In this document: positions 26,467-35,493 of the stretch, one piece after another | Numbering within the stretch: the first letter of the stretch is position 1 | How the letters are laid out: the number at the start of each line of letters is the position of its first letter | Source: Gemmatimonadales bacterium | GTDB lineage: Bacteria > Gemmatimonadota > Gemmatimonadetes > Gemmatimonadales > Gemmatimonadaceae | DNA: 64,000 bases | Assembly (NCBI GenBank): GCA_038231095.1 | Contig: JBBRLZ010000016.1 | Coordinates: 7,639 to 71,638 of the forward strand | Direction: 5' to 3' | Notes under the pieces: model-generated | Told to the model about the DNA's origin: nothing | The model's input: only the letters and a program-made list of their open reading frames with translations | Database searches by the model: none | Program-made: the position numbers and the translations under genes

Positions 26467-26994
26467 TCATCGCCTGCGCGCGTGGTTGTAGCGAGGCCGC
26501 ATGCGTGGCGCCGTCGTTCGCTCCGACATCGCATCGAACAGGCCCCAGACCGTCGCCACCAGCATCACCAGGAAGCCGAAGCCGTGTGCGAGCTGTGCGT
26601 ACTGTGTCGCGTGCGTGAGTACGCCCCACTGGCCGAAGAGCAGGTTCCAGTCGTGATCGCCGCCACCGACGAGTGGGAGTTCCATCGCCCTGGCGTCGCC
26701 CATGTACGTGCTGATGTTCACGAAGTTCTGGCCAACCCACCACACGCCGACGCTGGCGGCGTGTTCATCGCGCTGCATCGTGAAGTAGGCCGCGAAGGCG
26801 AGCGGCAGCAGCAGTTGGAGCGCGGTGCCGCCGAGGAGCGCCAGAGTGTCGCCGAACGGCGCGAAGAGCAGGTGTCCCGTTTCGTGCACCGGCAGATTGA
26901 TGTTGTCGATGAACGACCATGACTGCGGCGTCGCGACGATGGCGACGCCGTACACGGCCAATGCGATCGTCAGACCGACCCGGAATTGACGCAT
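26467..26994 (-). CDS. Membrane protein with HExxH motif (putative zinc metallopeptidase)
   Basis: ATG 26994 preceded by AGGAGG. NLPVHETGHLLF sits next to TM segments. 175 aa with 4-5 TM. Confidence 0.55.
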   Translation of the reverse strand: MRQFRVGLTIALAVYGVAIVATPQSWSFIDNINLPVHETGHLLFAPFGDTLALLGGTALQLLLPLAFAAYFTMQRDEHAASVGVWWVGQNFVNISTYMGDARAMELPLVGGGDHDWNLLFGQWGVLTHATQYAQLAHGFGFLVMLVATVWGLFDAMSERTTAPRMRPRYNHARRR

Positions 26995-27164
26995 GGCTCC
27001 TCCTGAATTGTGCACCGCCCCGTGAAGTGACGCGCCAGATCCCGTGTGGTAACACCGGTTCCGCGGCCGCTCCCCGCCCCGGAAGAGAGCGCTGCAAAGC
27101 ACAGGCCAGCGACCTCGGCGCTAGGTGGGAACCCGGGGGGTGCTGAGCTCGTTCATTTGTTCTA

Positions 27165-27191
27165 TTGACGGAATGACAACTCGACTATACG
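27165..27191 (+). promoter_or_regulatory. Candidate promoter of cspA
   Basis: TTGACG (27165-27170), a 15-nt spacer, then TATACG (27186-27191), in the AT-richest stretch upstream of cspA. The spacer is shorter than optimal. Confidence 0.3.
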
Positions 27192-27382
27192 GTTATGGCG
27201 CTGTGCTCCGCGTCTAGCTGACGCGGGCTGGGTTCGGTCCACGGGTCCGCCTGCTACAGCGCGGGCCCGTCGTCGTTTTCCAGCGCTCTTTCGTGGGGGT
27301 AGAGTCCGTCCACGAGTCCCGTTGTCGGTCAGTACCGGGTTGCCGGACTCCGACGCGATACAATCCACAGGAGTCCGTAGCA
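27192..27382 (+). promoter_or_regulatory. Long 5' untranslated leader of cspA
   Basis: About 190 nt lie between the candidate promoter and ATG 27383, with no credible ORF. The SD AGGAG sits 10 nt upstream of the ATG. Long leaders are typical of cold-shock genes. Confidence 0.4.
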
Positions 27383-27595
27383 ATGCGTACGACCGGCACC
27401 GTGAAGTGGTTCAATGACGCCAAGGGTTTTGGATTCATCACCCCGGCCTCAGGCGGAAAGGACTGCTTCGTCCACCACTCTGCCATCCAGATGAAGGGTT
27501 TCAAGACTCTGGCGGAAGGCGAGCAGGTTGAGTTCGACATCGTCGAGGGCGCGAAGGGCCCGGCGGCTGAGAACGTCACGAAGGCTTCGCGCTAA
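27383..27595 (+). CDS. cspA: Cold-shock protein (CspA family)
   Basis: 70 aa. RNP1 is [15 protein letters not shown] and RNP2 is DCFVHHSAI. Confidence 0.95.
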   Translation: MRTTGTVKWFNDAKGFGFITPASGGKDCFVHHSAIQMKGFKTLAEGEQVEFDIVEGAKGPAAENVTKASR

Positions 27596-27628
27596 GCGAC
27601 GCTGTCGGCCTCCTCGGAGGTCGTCACG

Positions 27629-27664
27629 CGAAGGGCTGGTTCGCCGCGGCGAACCAGCCCTTCG
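27629..27664 (+). terminator. Perfect 17-bp-arm palindrome after cspA (probable terminator)
   Basis: cgaagggctggttcgcc gc ggcgaaccagcccttcg, followed by ttgcatt (weak T-run). Confidence 0.5.
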
Positions 27665-27773
27665 TTGCATTCCTGCCCCCGGCACCACGCCGCCAGACAG
27701 GTTAGCTTTCACGAATGCCTCGCGGCCGCCCTCCCCGGTGGTCCGCTTTTCGTAATCCGTCTGACAAGGGTGT

Positions 27774-27995
27774 ATGGCCAAGGAAGAAGCACTGCAACTC
27801 GAAGGAACCGTGAGTGAAGTCCTGCCCAGCGCAATGTTTCGCGTGTCGCTCGATAACGGTCACACGGTGCTTGCCACGATCGGCGGCAACCTGCGCCGCT
27901 TCCGTATCCGCGTCCTCGCGGGCGACCGCGTGACGCTCGAAGTCTCGCCGTACGACCTGACGCGCGGCCGCATCGTGTACCGCCACAAGAACTGA
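27774..27995 (+). CDS. infA: Translation initiation factor IF-1
   Basis: 73 aa. [31 protein letters not shown]...G..R...IR.L.GD.V..E.SPYDL..GRI.YR is the canonical IF-1 pattern. Confidence 0.95.
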   Translation: MAKEEALQLEGTVSEVLPSAMFRVSLDNGHTVLATIGGNLRRFRIRVLAGDRVTLEVSPYDLTRGRIVYRHKN

Positions 27996-28006
27996 CCGCT
28001 GCTCGC

Positions 28007-29242
28007 GTGCCGGCGCCATCACCAGTGGCCGCGCGCACGCCGGGTTCGCTACGTCTCCGGCTCGCCACCCTGTTCTTCGGCGAATACCTGATCTGGGGAC
28101 TCTGGTTCGTGTCGCTGGGCAGTTGGCTTGGCGTCACTCTGCACTTCAGCGGCACTGAAATCGGCGCGATCTACGGATCGCTGGCCATTGCCGGACTCGT
28201 CGCTCCCATGCTCGGCGGTGCCATCGCCGACCGCTTCGCACACACCGAACGGATGCTCGCCGTTCTGCACGGTCTGGGTGGCCTGCTGCTGCTGCTGGCA
28301 TCGCGCCAGGCGAGCTTTGTCGCGCTCTACACTGCGACGCTGACGTACGCGTTCTGCTATCTCCCGACACTCGCACTCGCACCCGCACTCGCGCTCCGGC
28401 ACCTGCGCAACGCGACGGCGGAATTCCCGGCGCTGCGCGGCGTGGGCACATTTGGATGGGTCGTCGCGGGGCTGATCGTCGGATCGCTTGCCATCGAGCT
28501 CACGTCGCGACCGATGGAGCTCGCGGGATTCGTGTCGCTCGCCTTCGCCGCCTACTGCCTCACGTTGCCGGCGACACCGCCGTTGCGGGCCGACGCGCCA
28601 CGCAGCTGGTCCACGCTGCTCGGCCTCGATGCGCTGGCGCTGATGCGTGATCCGATCTTCGCGCTGTTCGTGATCGCAAACGTCGTGCTGTGCATCCCGA
28701 ATCAGTTCTACACTGCGTTTGGCGCGCTGTATCTCACGGATCTGCACGTGCCGCGTCCGGCCACGCTGCTGACGATGGGGCAAGTCACCGAGATGCTCGT
28801 GCTGTTCACGCTGCCGTTGCTCACCCGGCGCATCGGTTCGCGCAACGTGTTGCTGATCGGCGCGTTGGCCTGGGCCGTGCGCAGTGTGCTCTTCTCGTTC
28901 GGCGCCGATGCGTCACGTACGGTCATCTACGCCGGCATCCTGATGCACGGCTTCGCGTACGGCTGCTCGTACATCGCCGGGCAGCTGATCGTGCATCAGC
29001 GGTCGCCCGTCGCGATGCGTGCCGCCGCGCAGGGGTTCTGGGCGGTGGCGACGATGGGGATCGGAAATCTGATCGGCAGCTGGACGGCTGGCCGCACGGT
29101 GCAGCACTACGCTGGCGCCAGCGCCGTGCACGATTGGCATGGCATCTGGATCGTCTCGGCCATCGTATCGGCGCTGGCGATGCTTGGCATTCTGGTCACA
29201 CGACGCCGTACCGACGTCACCGCGAACGCCGACGCGGCATGA
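28007..29242 (+). CDS. MFS transporter, nucleoside:H+ symporter (NHS) family-like
   Basis: 12-TM ORF with GTG start 11 nt after the infA stop. The N-terminal LRLATLFFGEYLIWGLWFVSLGSWL...GAIYGSLAIAGLVAPMLGGAIADRF resembles NupG/XapB-type carriers. Confidence 0.7.
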   Translation: MPAPSPVAARTPGSLRLRLATLFFGEYLIWGLWFVSLGSWLGVTLHFSGTEIGAIYGSLAIAGLVAPMLGGAIADRFAHTERMLAVLHGLGGLLLLLASRQASFVALYTATLTYAFCYLPTLALAPALALRHLRNATAEFPALRGVGTFGWVVAGLIVGSLAIELTSRPMELAGFVSLAFAAYCLTLPATPPLRADAPRSWSTLLGLDALALMRDPIFALFVIANVVLCIPNQFYTAFGALYLTDLHVPRPATLLTMGQVTEMLVLFTLPLLTRRIGSRNVLLIGALAWAVRSVLFSFGADASRTVIYAGILMHGFAYGCSYIAGQLIVHQRSPVAMRAAAQGFWAVATMGIGNLIGSWTAGRTVQHYAGASAVHDWHGIWIVSAIVSALAMLGILVTRRRTDVTANADAA

Positions 29243-31267
29243 TCACGGTGCGCTGTTGGCCGTCAGCCGCGTGAAGTCCGGCAATGGATCACCGAAGATG
29301 TAGTGATTGAACCAGGCGAGGTTGTGCTGCATCACGGCACGCTGTGACTTCGGTTTCGTGATGCCGTGGCCGAAGCCCTTGTACACGACCATCTCCACCG
29401 GCACGCCTCGATCCTCGAGCGCCTGCCGCAGCTGATAGCCATTCGCGATCGGCACACGTCGATCGAGTTCGCCATGCTGAATCAGCGTCGGCGTCTTCGC
29501 ACTGCGCACGTAGTCGATCGGTGAGGTCTTCGCGTAGATCGCCGGATCCGCGACCGGATCGCCGCCCAGGTAGTTGATCGTGAATGGCGTGATGTCCGTG
29601 TTGTAGTAATACGTCCGCCAGTCGGAGATGCCGGCGCCGACCGAAATCGCGGCGAAGCGCGTGGTGCTGGTGGTCAGGAAGGCCGAGATATAGCCGCCCT
29701 GACTCCAGCCCATCGATGCCACTTTCGTGGGATCGACGAAGCCTTTCGCGATCAGGGCATCCACGCCGGACAGCACGTCCCACGCGTCGCCGACACCGAG
29801 ATTGCGGTAGTTGAGCGCGCGGAACCGCTCACCGTAGCCGGCACTGCCGCGATAGTTCACCTTCAGCACGATCGCCCCGCGATTCACCCACTGATCGACG
29901 GGGTAGTAGCGCGCATCGGGCAGCGTCGCGCGATCGACGCCAGTCGGGCCACCGTGAATCACGCAGAGCAACGGATACTTCTTCGAGGGATCGAAGTCGC
30001 GCGGTTTGATGAGGATGCCTTCGATCTCCGCGCCATCCTTGCTCTTCCAGCGGATGACTTCGCGCGTCGCGAGCTTCCAGTCACGGATCTGCGCGCTCAT
30101 CGACGTGACGGCGGTCGGCGCGAAGTTCGACAGTTCCGATGTCGCGATCTCGGCCAGCGCTGTCGGCGACGCGAGTGTGAACGACGCGCGCGTGCGATCG
30201 CGATTCAACGTCCAGCCGCTGGCGACGAGTGCGTCCGGTTGCGTGAGGCGTGTGACGATTCCGGTGGCAGGATCGGCGACGAAGAGGTGCGACGCTGTGC
30301 GTTGTGCGGCGGAGAAGTACACGCCGCGCGGTCCCCAATCGACGAACGCCGGGTTCTCGTCGAACGAGGCGGTGATGACGCGCGGTGCACCGCCGCTGGC
30401 ATCGACGACCGCGAGGTGCGTGTTGCGGAAGTAATTCGACTTCACCTCGCCCATCTGCGTGCTGAATACGATCTGACGACCGTCGGGCGACCAGTGCGGA
30501 TCACCGTCAGCTCCCGGCTGCATGACGAGGTCGCGGACGACGTTGTCGCTGACGGAGAGGACGCGAACATCCTCAGTATTGCCGGCCACCGCGTCGGGGA
30601 CCGTCGTCGCGCTGAATGCGATGCTCGATCCGTCGGGTGACCATTCCAATGACGACACCGAGTATGCAGGCACCGATGGCGTGCGCAGCGTGCCTGCCTG
30701 CGGCGCGCTGAGCGCGGCGGCGACGTCGGCAGTGTACAGTTGCATCATCGCGTAGTCGCGCCGGACGACGTCGTAGCCGCCGAACGTGGAATCGCGCGAC
30801 TTGCGCTGCGCCGCACCGCTGGCGGCCGTGAATGCGACCGCGCCGCCATCAGCGCGCCACGCATAACTGCTCACGCCACCGGCCGCATTCGTGAGTCGCA
30901 CCGGTTCGCCGCCGTCGATCGCGAGTGCAAAGACCTGCGCCTTGTTTTCCACGCGCGAGCTCGTGAACGTGATCCACTTGCCGTCCGGCGACCATTGAAT
31001 CTGCCCGACGCCTGCATCCTGTCGTGTGAGCTGCACTGCGGCCTTCGTGCGCACATCCACCACCCACAGCTGCGAGACGAACGCATCCTGCGTCCAGTCG
31101 GTGTGCGTCACCAGATAAGCCACCCGCTGTCCGTCGGGTGACAGCTTCGGGCTGCCGACCGACTTCAGCGACAACAAGCTGTCGATCGTCGGCGTGCGTT
31201 GTCCCGACTGGGCGGACAACGGCACGGCGAGCAGGCAGAGAATCAGGACGCGTCGCAACATCGGCAT
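29243..31267 (-). CDS. S9-family serine peptidase (prolyl oligopeptidase/DPP type) with N-terminal beta-propeller
   Basis: Signal peptide MPMLRRVLILCLLAVPLSAQ. SPDG blades. Nucleophile motif GWSQGGY. The C-terminal HGELDRRVP and GFGHGI provide the Asp/His of the triad. Confidence 0.88.
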   Translation of the reverse strand: MPMLRRVLILCLLAVPLSAQSGQRTPTIDSLLSLKSVGSPKLSPDGQRVAYLVTHTDWTQDAFVSQLWVVDVRTKAAVQLTRQDAGVGQIQWSPDGKWITFTSSRVENKAQVFALAIDGGEPVRLTNAAGGVSSYAWRADGGAVAFTAASGAAQRKSRDSTFGGYDVVRRDYAMMQLYTADVAAALSAPQAGTLRTPSVPAYSVSSLEWSPDGSSIAFSATTVPDAVAGNTEDVRVLSVSDNVVRDLVMQPGADGDPHWSPDGRQIVFSTQMGEVKSNYFRNTHLAVVDASGGAPRVITASFDENPAFVDWGPRGVYFSAAQRTASHLFVADPATGIVTRLTQPDALVASGWTLNRDRTRASFTLASPTALAEIATSELSNFAPTAVTSMSAQIRDWKLATREVIRWKSKDGAEIEGILIKPRDFDPSKKYPLLCVIHGGPTGVDRATLPDARYYPVDQWVNRGAIVLKVNYRGSAGYGERFRALNYRNLGVGDAWDVLSGVDALIAKGFVDPTKVASMGWSQGGYISAFLTTSTTRFAAISVGAGISDWRTYYYNTDITPFTINYLGGDPVADPAIYAKTSPIDYVRSAKTPTLIQHGELDRRVPIANGYQLRQALEDRGVPVEMVVYKGFGHGITKPKSQRAVMQHNLAWFNHYIFGDPLPDFTRLTANSAP

Positions 31268-31327
31268 TCCGTGGTCAATGGTGGGATGATGTCATTTCAA
31301 CTTCGGCGCGCGACGCGCGCGTGTCCA

Positions 31328-31936
31328 CTACGCCCTCTGGAGCGGTGTGCGCTCCTCGCGCAGCCACGCCCGCCATCCCTGCACCGCAAGACCGAGCAAC
31401 ACGAGATACAGCACCGACGACAGCCAGAGTTGCTGCCGTGGCAACAGCCAGAATGCATACAGCGCGTTGACCAGCACCCAGCAGAACCAGTGCTCGAGCT
31501 TCTTGTGTGTCTGCAGATATTGTCCCGTGACGCTGACCGCCGTCACCAGCGCATCGGCCATCGACTGTTGCGCACCGGTGAACGACATCGCCCACCCGAG
31601 CAACGCGGCGAGCGGCAATGTGGCCACGATCCACACCAAGCGAGCCCGCGTCGACAGCCGCGTGATCGGCAGATCGTCGTGATGCGTCGGCCCCTGCTTC
31701 ATCCAGACCCACCAGCCGTATGCCTGCATCGGCAGATAGTAGAGCAGCTGCAGTCCGGTGCTCGACCAGAGATGCGAGCGCCAGAACACCACCGCGTACA
31801 GCACCACCGACGCGACGCCCCACGCCCACGTCCAGATGTTGTTGCGAACCAGCAACCAGACGTTCACGAGAGTCGCAATCGCCGCCGCGACTTCCATCGG
31901 TGTGAGCTCGTGCACGATCGTCTGCCAGTCGATCAC
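31328..31936 (-). CDS. pnuC: Nicotinamide riboside transporter PnuC family
   Basis: 202 aa with 7-8 TM. VNVWLLVRNNIWTWAWGVASVVLYAVVFW...LLYYLPMQAYGWWVW is the Trp-rich PnuC signature. GTG 31936 overlaps the upstream stop (GTGA). Confidence 0.85.
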   Translation of the reverse strand: MIDWQTIVHELTPMEVAAAIATLVNVWLLVRNNIWTWAWGVASVVLYAVVFWRSHLWSSTGLQLLYYLPMQAYGWWVWMKQGPTHHDDLPITRLSTRARLVWIVATLPLAALLGWAMSFTGAQQSMADALVTAVSVTGQYLQTHKKLEHWFCWVLVNALYAFWLLPRQQLWLSSVLYLVLLGLAVQGWRAWLREERTPLQRA

Positions 31937-32613
31937 GCGCGCTCACAATGCAGCAGGAGTGAAAGTGGCGCGCCGGTGGCTGCGTTGACCGGCTCGAGCA
32001 GGCGCGTGACACGCAGGCCGGCGAGCGCGATCTCCTCGAACCACGCGCGCAGCGTACGGTAGTACCACGGCATCGGCGTCGGGAACGCGACCGCGAATGC
32101 ATCGAACGATTCGGTGCGCCACGCACTCTCGTACGGCGCGTCGCCGCGTGCGCTCCACGGATGCACCGTCTGGATCAGCAGCGCACCGGGTGGTGCCAGC
32201 CGTCGCCGCAGTGCCGAAAGGACCGGGTGCACCGGATCACCAAGCAACGAGAAGTTGCAGACGATGGCCTGCCAGGGGCCGGCCGCGATGCCCGTGTCTG
32301 ATTCCAGCGCGTCGTACGTCGCGACATCGAACGTACCGCCCCCCAACTCACGGGCGCGGTCGATGAGCGACGCACTGACGTCGATGCCGTGTGCGCGCAC
32401 CCCGCGCAGGCCCAGTTCGCGCACCAGCCATCCTTCGCCGCACCCGACATCGAGCAACGGCCCATCGCCGAGTGTGAGGCAGGCCGCGACGATCGCCTCG
32501 TCGGTGCCTGCGCGTCGGCTCGGGATCAGGCCGTCGCGCACGACACGCGTCCAGGCGTCGGCATTGTCGGTCCAGCTGCGTGCGATGTGGGCGTGACGAT
32601 CGTGGTCCGTCAT
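31933..32613 (-). CDS. Class I SAM-dependent methyltransferase
   Basis: ATG 32613 overlaps the upstream stop (ATGA). Motif I is LLDVGCGEGWL and post-I is AHGIDVS. Confidence 0.78.
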   Translation of the reverse strand: MTDHDRHAHIARSWTDNADAWTRVVRDGLIPSRRAGTDEAIVAACLTLGDGPLLDVGCGEGWLVRELGLRGVRAHGIDVSASLIDRARELGGGTFDVATYDALESDTGIAAGPWQAIVCNFSLLGDPVHPVLSALRRRLAPPGALLIQTVHPWSARGDAPYESAWRTESFDAFAVAFPTPMPWYYRTLRAWFEEIALAGLRVTRLLEPVNAATGAPLSLLLHCERA

Positions 32614-33095
32614 CACGACGCGCCGTCGAGGTTCGACGGCATGCGATCCTGCGGCGGGTCGATGCGCACACTGGCGGTCGCGATCGAGATCTCCTGCAGG
32701 AACGTCACCAGGCCACCGATCAGCGCCAGCATCGCGAGCACGAACAGACCGGCAATCCAGCGCGAGCCGCTGACGTCGAGCAGCGCCGACACGAAGAGTG
32801 TGACGATGAGCAGGCAGACCAGCAGCGCGCAGACCGTGCACAGCGTGATCGCCCGGTTGATCAATCGCGAGCGCTTCGACAGCACCGCCAGCCGATCGCG
32901 CATGACATGACGTGCGTCGCCGAGCGGCAGATCGTGATACTCACCCTCCATTGCACGCGCGCGATCGATCACGCGGGCGAGGCGGCTGGTCAGCACGTTG
33001 AGCATCGCGGCCACGCCGGACAGCAGAAAGACCGGCGCGACGGCCTGCTGGATGGTGTGCGCAATGTCGAGTGCCTGCGGTGGCGTCTGAAGCAT
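32613..33095 (-). CDS. DUF2721-like membrane protein
   Basis: 160 aa. IQQAVAPVFLLSGVAAMLNVLTSRLARVIDR plus two C-terminal TM helices match the DUF2721 layout. Confidence 0.65.
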   Translation of the reverse strand: MLQTPPQALDIAHTIQQAVAPVFLLSGVAAMLNVLTSRLARVIDRARAMEGEYHDLPLGDARHVMRDRLAVLSKRSRLINRAITLCTVCALLVCLLIVTLFVSALLDVSGSRWIAGLFVLAMLALIGGLVTFLQEISIATASVRIDPPQDRMPSNLDGAS

Positions 33096-33104
33096 CCGCG
33101 AATG

Positions 33105-33941
33105 CTACTCATTTCCGGAGCCCGCGCCACGCGTGCGGCGCGGCCGCGTGGCGGCATCCCGCGGTCGTGCGAGTTGCGATACCTCCGCGGCACTGAGGTG
33201 TCGCCATGCGCCCTTTGCAAGCGTTCCCAGGTCCAGCGCGCCGATCGCGACGCGGACGAGTCGCAACACCGCCACGCCGTGCGCGTCGAGCATACGCCGG
33301 ATCTGCCGGTTCTTCCCTTCATCGAGTTCGATCAGGAGCCAGCCATGGCGTTCGCCGCTGCGCAGCGTCTCGACGTGCACGGCAGCGAGCGTGTGACCGT
33401 CGGCATCAGTCACCCCGGCACGCACTGCGGCGAGCAGTGCCTCATCCGGGACACAATCGATCTGCACGTGATAGGTCTTACGGACCGCGGCGTCCGGCGA
33501 CGTGATCGCGTTCGCCCACTGCGTGTCGTTGCTGAAGAGCAGCAATCCCTCGCTCGCCTGATCGAGTCGACCGACCGGCCCGACGAACGGCAGCGATGGA
33601 TCAGCAAGACAGTCGTACACGGTGGCCCGGCCTTGCGGGTCCGTCCGCGTCGTGACGAGTCCGCGCGGCTTGTTGAGCATCAGGTAGGTGTGCGTGGCAG
33701 CCTGCACCCGTTCTCCGTCAAGCACGATCACATCCGTCTCCGGCACGACACGCCGACTACTGTCGGTGACGCGGCGCCCGTTCACTCGCACGCGCCCGTC
33801 GCGCACGGCGACCTCCGCCTGGGAGCGGGAACAGAGTCCGAGTTTGGACAGGGCGCGCGCCAGCGACACCGTGCCGCGAGCGGCGGGCGTTGCGGCGCGT
33901 GCGTGCGCCGGCTTGTGTGATCGGGTGGAGCGAGCAGCCAT
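33105..33941 (-). CDS. Pseudouridine synthase, RsuA/RluB family
   Basis: Start at ATG 33941. S4-like N-terminus (LARALSKLGLCSRSQAEVAVRDGRVRVNG). Catalytic motif GRLDQASEGLLLFSND. Also NRQIRRM. Confidence 0.85.
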   Translation of the reverse strand: MAARSTRSHKPAHARAATPAARGTVSLARALSKLGLCSRSQAEVAVRDGRVRVNGRRVTDSSRRVVPETDVIVLDGERVQAATHTYLMLNKPRGLVTTRTDPQGRATVYDCLADPSLPFVGPVGRLDQASEGLLLFSNDTQWANAITSPDAAVRKTYHVQIDCVPDEALLAAVRAGVTDADGHTLAAVHVETLRSGERHGWLLIELDEGKNRQIRRMLDAHGVAVLRLVRVAIGALDLGTLAKGAWRHLSAAEVSQLARPRDAATRPRRTRGAGSGNE

Positions 33942-34027
33942 ATCGGCGAAAGATGTGATACGCCGCGTGCCATGCGGAGCCACACGTCCGCATTCACGTA
34001 TTTTCCCCGGACCCTCTGCCACCGCAC

Positions 34028-35449
34028 ATGCGTCGATCCTCCTCCCCACGCGACGAACGCTTCGCCCTCCCCGGCCTGCTCGATGTCTCGGCCGGGCTGG
34101 CGAAAGACTTCCTCGCGGGCATCGCCGCGCGCCCCGTGCAGCCGGGCCTCGTGCGCGTGGCCGACGTGTCGCTGCCGGAGATGGGGCTCGGCACCGCCGC
34201 GGTGCTCGACCGCCTGCGCGACGACGTCCTGCCACTGCTGACGGGTGCTGCGGGCCCGCGCTACCTCGGCTTCGTCACGGGTGGCGCAACCCCTGCGGCG
34301 CTGGCCGCCGACTGGATCACAAGCACCGTGGACAACAACGCCTCCGACGCGTCGAACGTCGCTGCGGTGACCATCGAACGGCAGGCCATCGCGATGTTGT
34401 GCGAACTCTTCGGCGTACCGACATCGTGGCAGGGCTGGTTCGTGAGCGGTGCGACGATGGCGAACGTCGTCGGACTCGCGACAGGTCGGCAGTGGCTTGG
34501 CGAGCAACGTGGCATCGACGTCTCCGACGCTGGCGCCGGCGCGCTCAGCGGCCTGCGCATTCTCTCCGGCGCGCCTCACTCGAGCACCGTGAAGGCCGCG
34601 TCGATGCTCGGCATTGGCCGCAGCAACGTGCAGGTCGTGCCCACGCTTCCCGGCACCGAGCAGGTCGACGTCGGTGCGCTCGAGGCGGCGCTGGCCGAGC
34701 GCGACGCGCCGACGATCATCGTGGCCAACAGCGGAACGGTGACGACCACGGCATTCGACGACCTTCGCGCCATCGGTGCACTGGCGCGCGCGCACGGTGC
34801 GTGGCTGCACGTGGACGGTGCGTTCGGGCTCTTTGCCGCGCTGCTTCCCTCGCATGCGCACCAGCTCGACGGCCTCGAACTGGCCGACTCCATCTGCGGA
34901 GACGCGCACAAGTGGCTCAACGTGCCGTACGACTGCGGCTTCGCGCTGACCCGTCATCCCGAAGTACAGGGCCGGGTATTCCACAACGCCGCGTCGTACT
35001 TCTTCGCCGCCGGCGCGCTCCCTGATCCGTTCCACTTCGTGCCGGAGAATTCCCGCCGATTCCGTGCGTTGCCGGTATGGACGTCGCTGCTGGCGTACGG
35101 GAGGTCAGGCGTCGCGGACATCGTCGCCGAGTGCTGCGCGTGCGCAAGGAGCCTTGGCGCGTGGATCGTGGAACATCCGGATCTCGATCTCCTTGCGCCG
35201 GTGACACTCAACATCGTGCCGTTCCGGCTCAGTGATGCAATGCTCCGCGGCCGTGACGAGGCGGACATGACGGCGCAGGTCCTGGCCGTCGTCGCGGCAC
35301 AGGGCGACGTGTTCCTCACGCCGGGCGCCTACGCCGGGCACCGCGGCGCGCGTGCAGCCTTCAGCAATTGGCGCACGACATTCGGCGACGACCTGCCGCT
35401 GATCCAGCGCGGAATCGAATCGGGGCTGGCCGCAGTCCGCCTCGGGTAG
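34028..35449 (+). CDS. PLP-dependent group II decarboxylase family protein
   Basis: 473 aa. SGATMANVVGL and the PLP-lysine context SICGDAHKWLNVPYDCG. Confidence 0.8.
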   Translation: MRRSSSPRDERFALPGLLDVSAGLAKDFLAGIAARPVQPGLVRVADVSLPEMGLGTAAVLDRLRDDVLPLLTGAAGPRYLGFVTGGATPAALAADWITSTVDNNASDASNVAAVTIERQAIAMLCELFGVPTSWQGWFVSGATMANVVGLATGRQWLGEQRGIDVSDAGAGALSGLRILSGAPHSSTVKAASMLGIGRSNVQVVPTLPGTEQVDVGALEAALAERDAPTIIVANSGTVTTTAFDDLRAIGALARAHGAWLHVDGAFGLFAALLPSHAHQLDGLELADSICGDAHKWLNVPYDCGFALTRHPEVQGRVFHNAASYFFAAGALPDPFHFVPENSRRFRALPVWTSLLAYGRSGVADIVAECCACARSLGAWIVEHPDLDLLAPVTLNIVPFRLSDAMLRGRDEADMTAQVLAVVAAQGDVFLTPGAYAGHRGARAAFSNWRTTFGDDLPLIQRGIESGLAAVRLG

Positions 35450-35493
35450 CTGCGCCGACAGCGTTCCGGCCGGGTCAGTCGTAAGTATGGCCT

